This document shows, one piece after another, positions 19,731 to 20,000 of a stretch of DNA of 20,000 bases (the stretch's first letter is position 1; each line of letters begins with the position of its first letter). The translations under genes and the position numbers were made by a program. The notes beneath the pieces were generated by a model. It ran no database searches. It worked only from the letters and a program-made list of their open reading frames with translations, and was not told the DNA's origin. Source of the stretch: Atractiella rhizophila (lineage: Eukaryota); the NCBI GenBank assembly GCA_021432655.1, contig MU271421.1, forward strand, positions 44,240-64,239, in the 5' to 3' direction.

Positions 19731-20000
19731 GAGAGAGAAGAGGGTATCGGCGTTGCGGGCAGATCGTCCCCAATAGTCGTGATAGTCACACAAGGAGGGG
19801 AGGTGAGCGCTTTGTCTGACTGTGAGTGCGGAACGCCCAATGTCAAGGTCGGTATCGAGAGTGTCAGCCAAAGCAACCCCATGAAACCTCGCGCCATGTT
19901 CTGCTCTCACGACCTAACATAGCGACTCCTCCCTTGAAACAGGCTCCTCCGCTAACAATTACACTCCTGCCACTTCCGCAAACCCTAGCGCTTCTTTGAG

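Noticed and set aside
19959..20000. Possible 3' end of an upstream minus-strand gene (LKEALGFAEVAGV*)
   Set aside because: Only 13 codons are visible, too little to call as a feature.

Overview
Eukaryotic, intron-rich fungal DNA, probably a basidiomycete (many ~45-60 nt GT-AG introns and micro-exons), so most ORF-track entries are exon fragments or antisense shadows. Gene models were rebuilt by hand. From left to right: the 5' part of a PKA-type kinase catalytic subunit (-, runs off the left edge); a DUF202-like small membrane protein (+); a short-chain dehydrogenase (-); a divergent pair of a TauD/JLP1-like dioxygenase (-) and a SOA1/AstA-like MFS permease (+), probably for sulfonate scavenging; a three-exon Swi5/Sae3 recombination gene (-) not represented as an ORF in the track, head-to-head with a membrane protein carrying PY and dileucine motifs and a putative 'sensor'-like domain (+); and an ABCB/MDR transporter (-) whose homology stops abruptly near 19730. 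The most striking structure is four direct tandem duplications (447 bp, ~1.32 kb, 301 bp, 306 bp) that cut through genes. Where the copies differ in coding sequence the changes are mostly synonymous, even in headless fragments. This points to two haplotypes joined in tandem by the assembly, although real duplications cannot be excluded without reads. I found no RNA genes, CRISPR arrays or mobile elements, and no convincing wholly new biological system.
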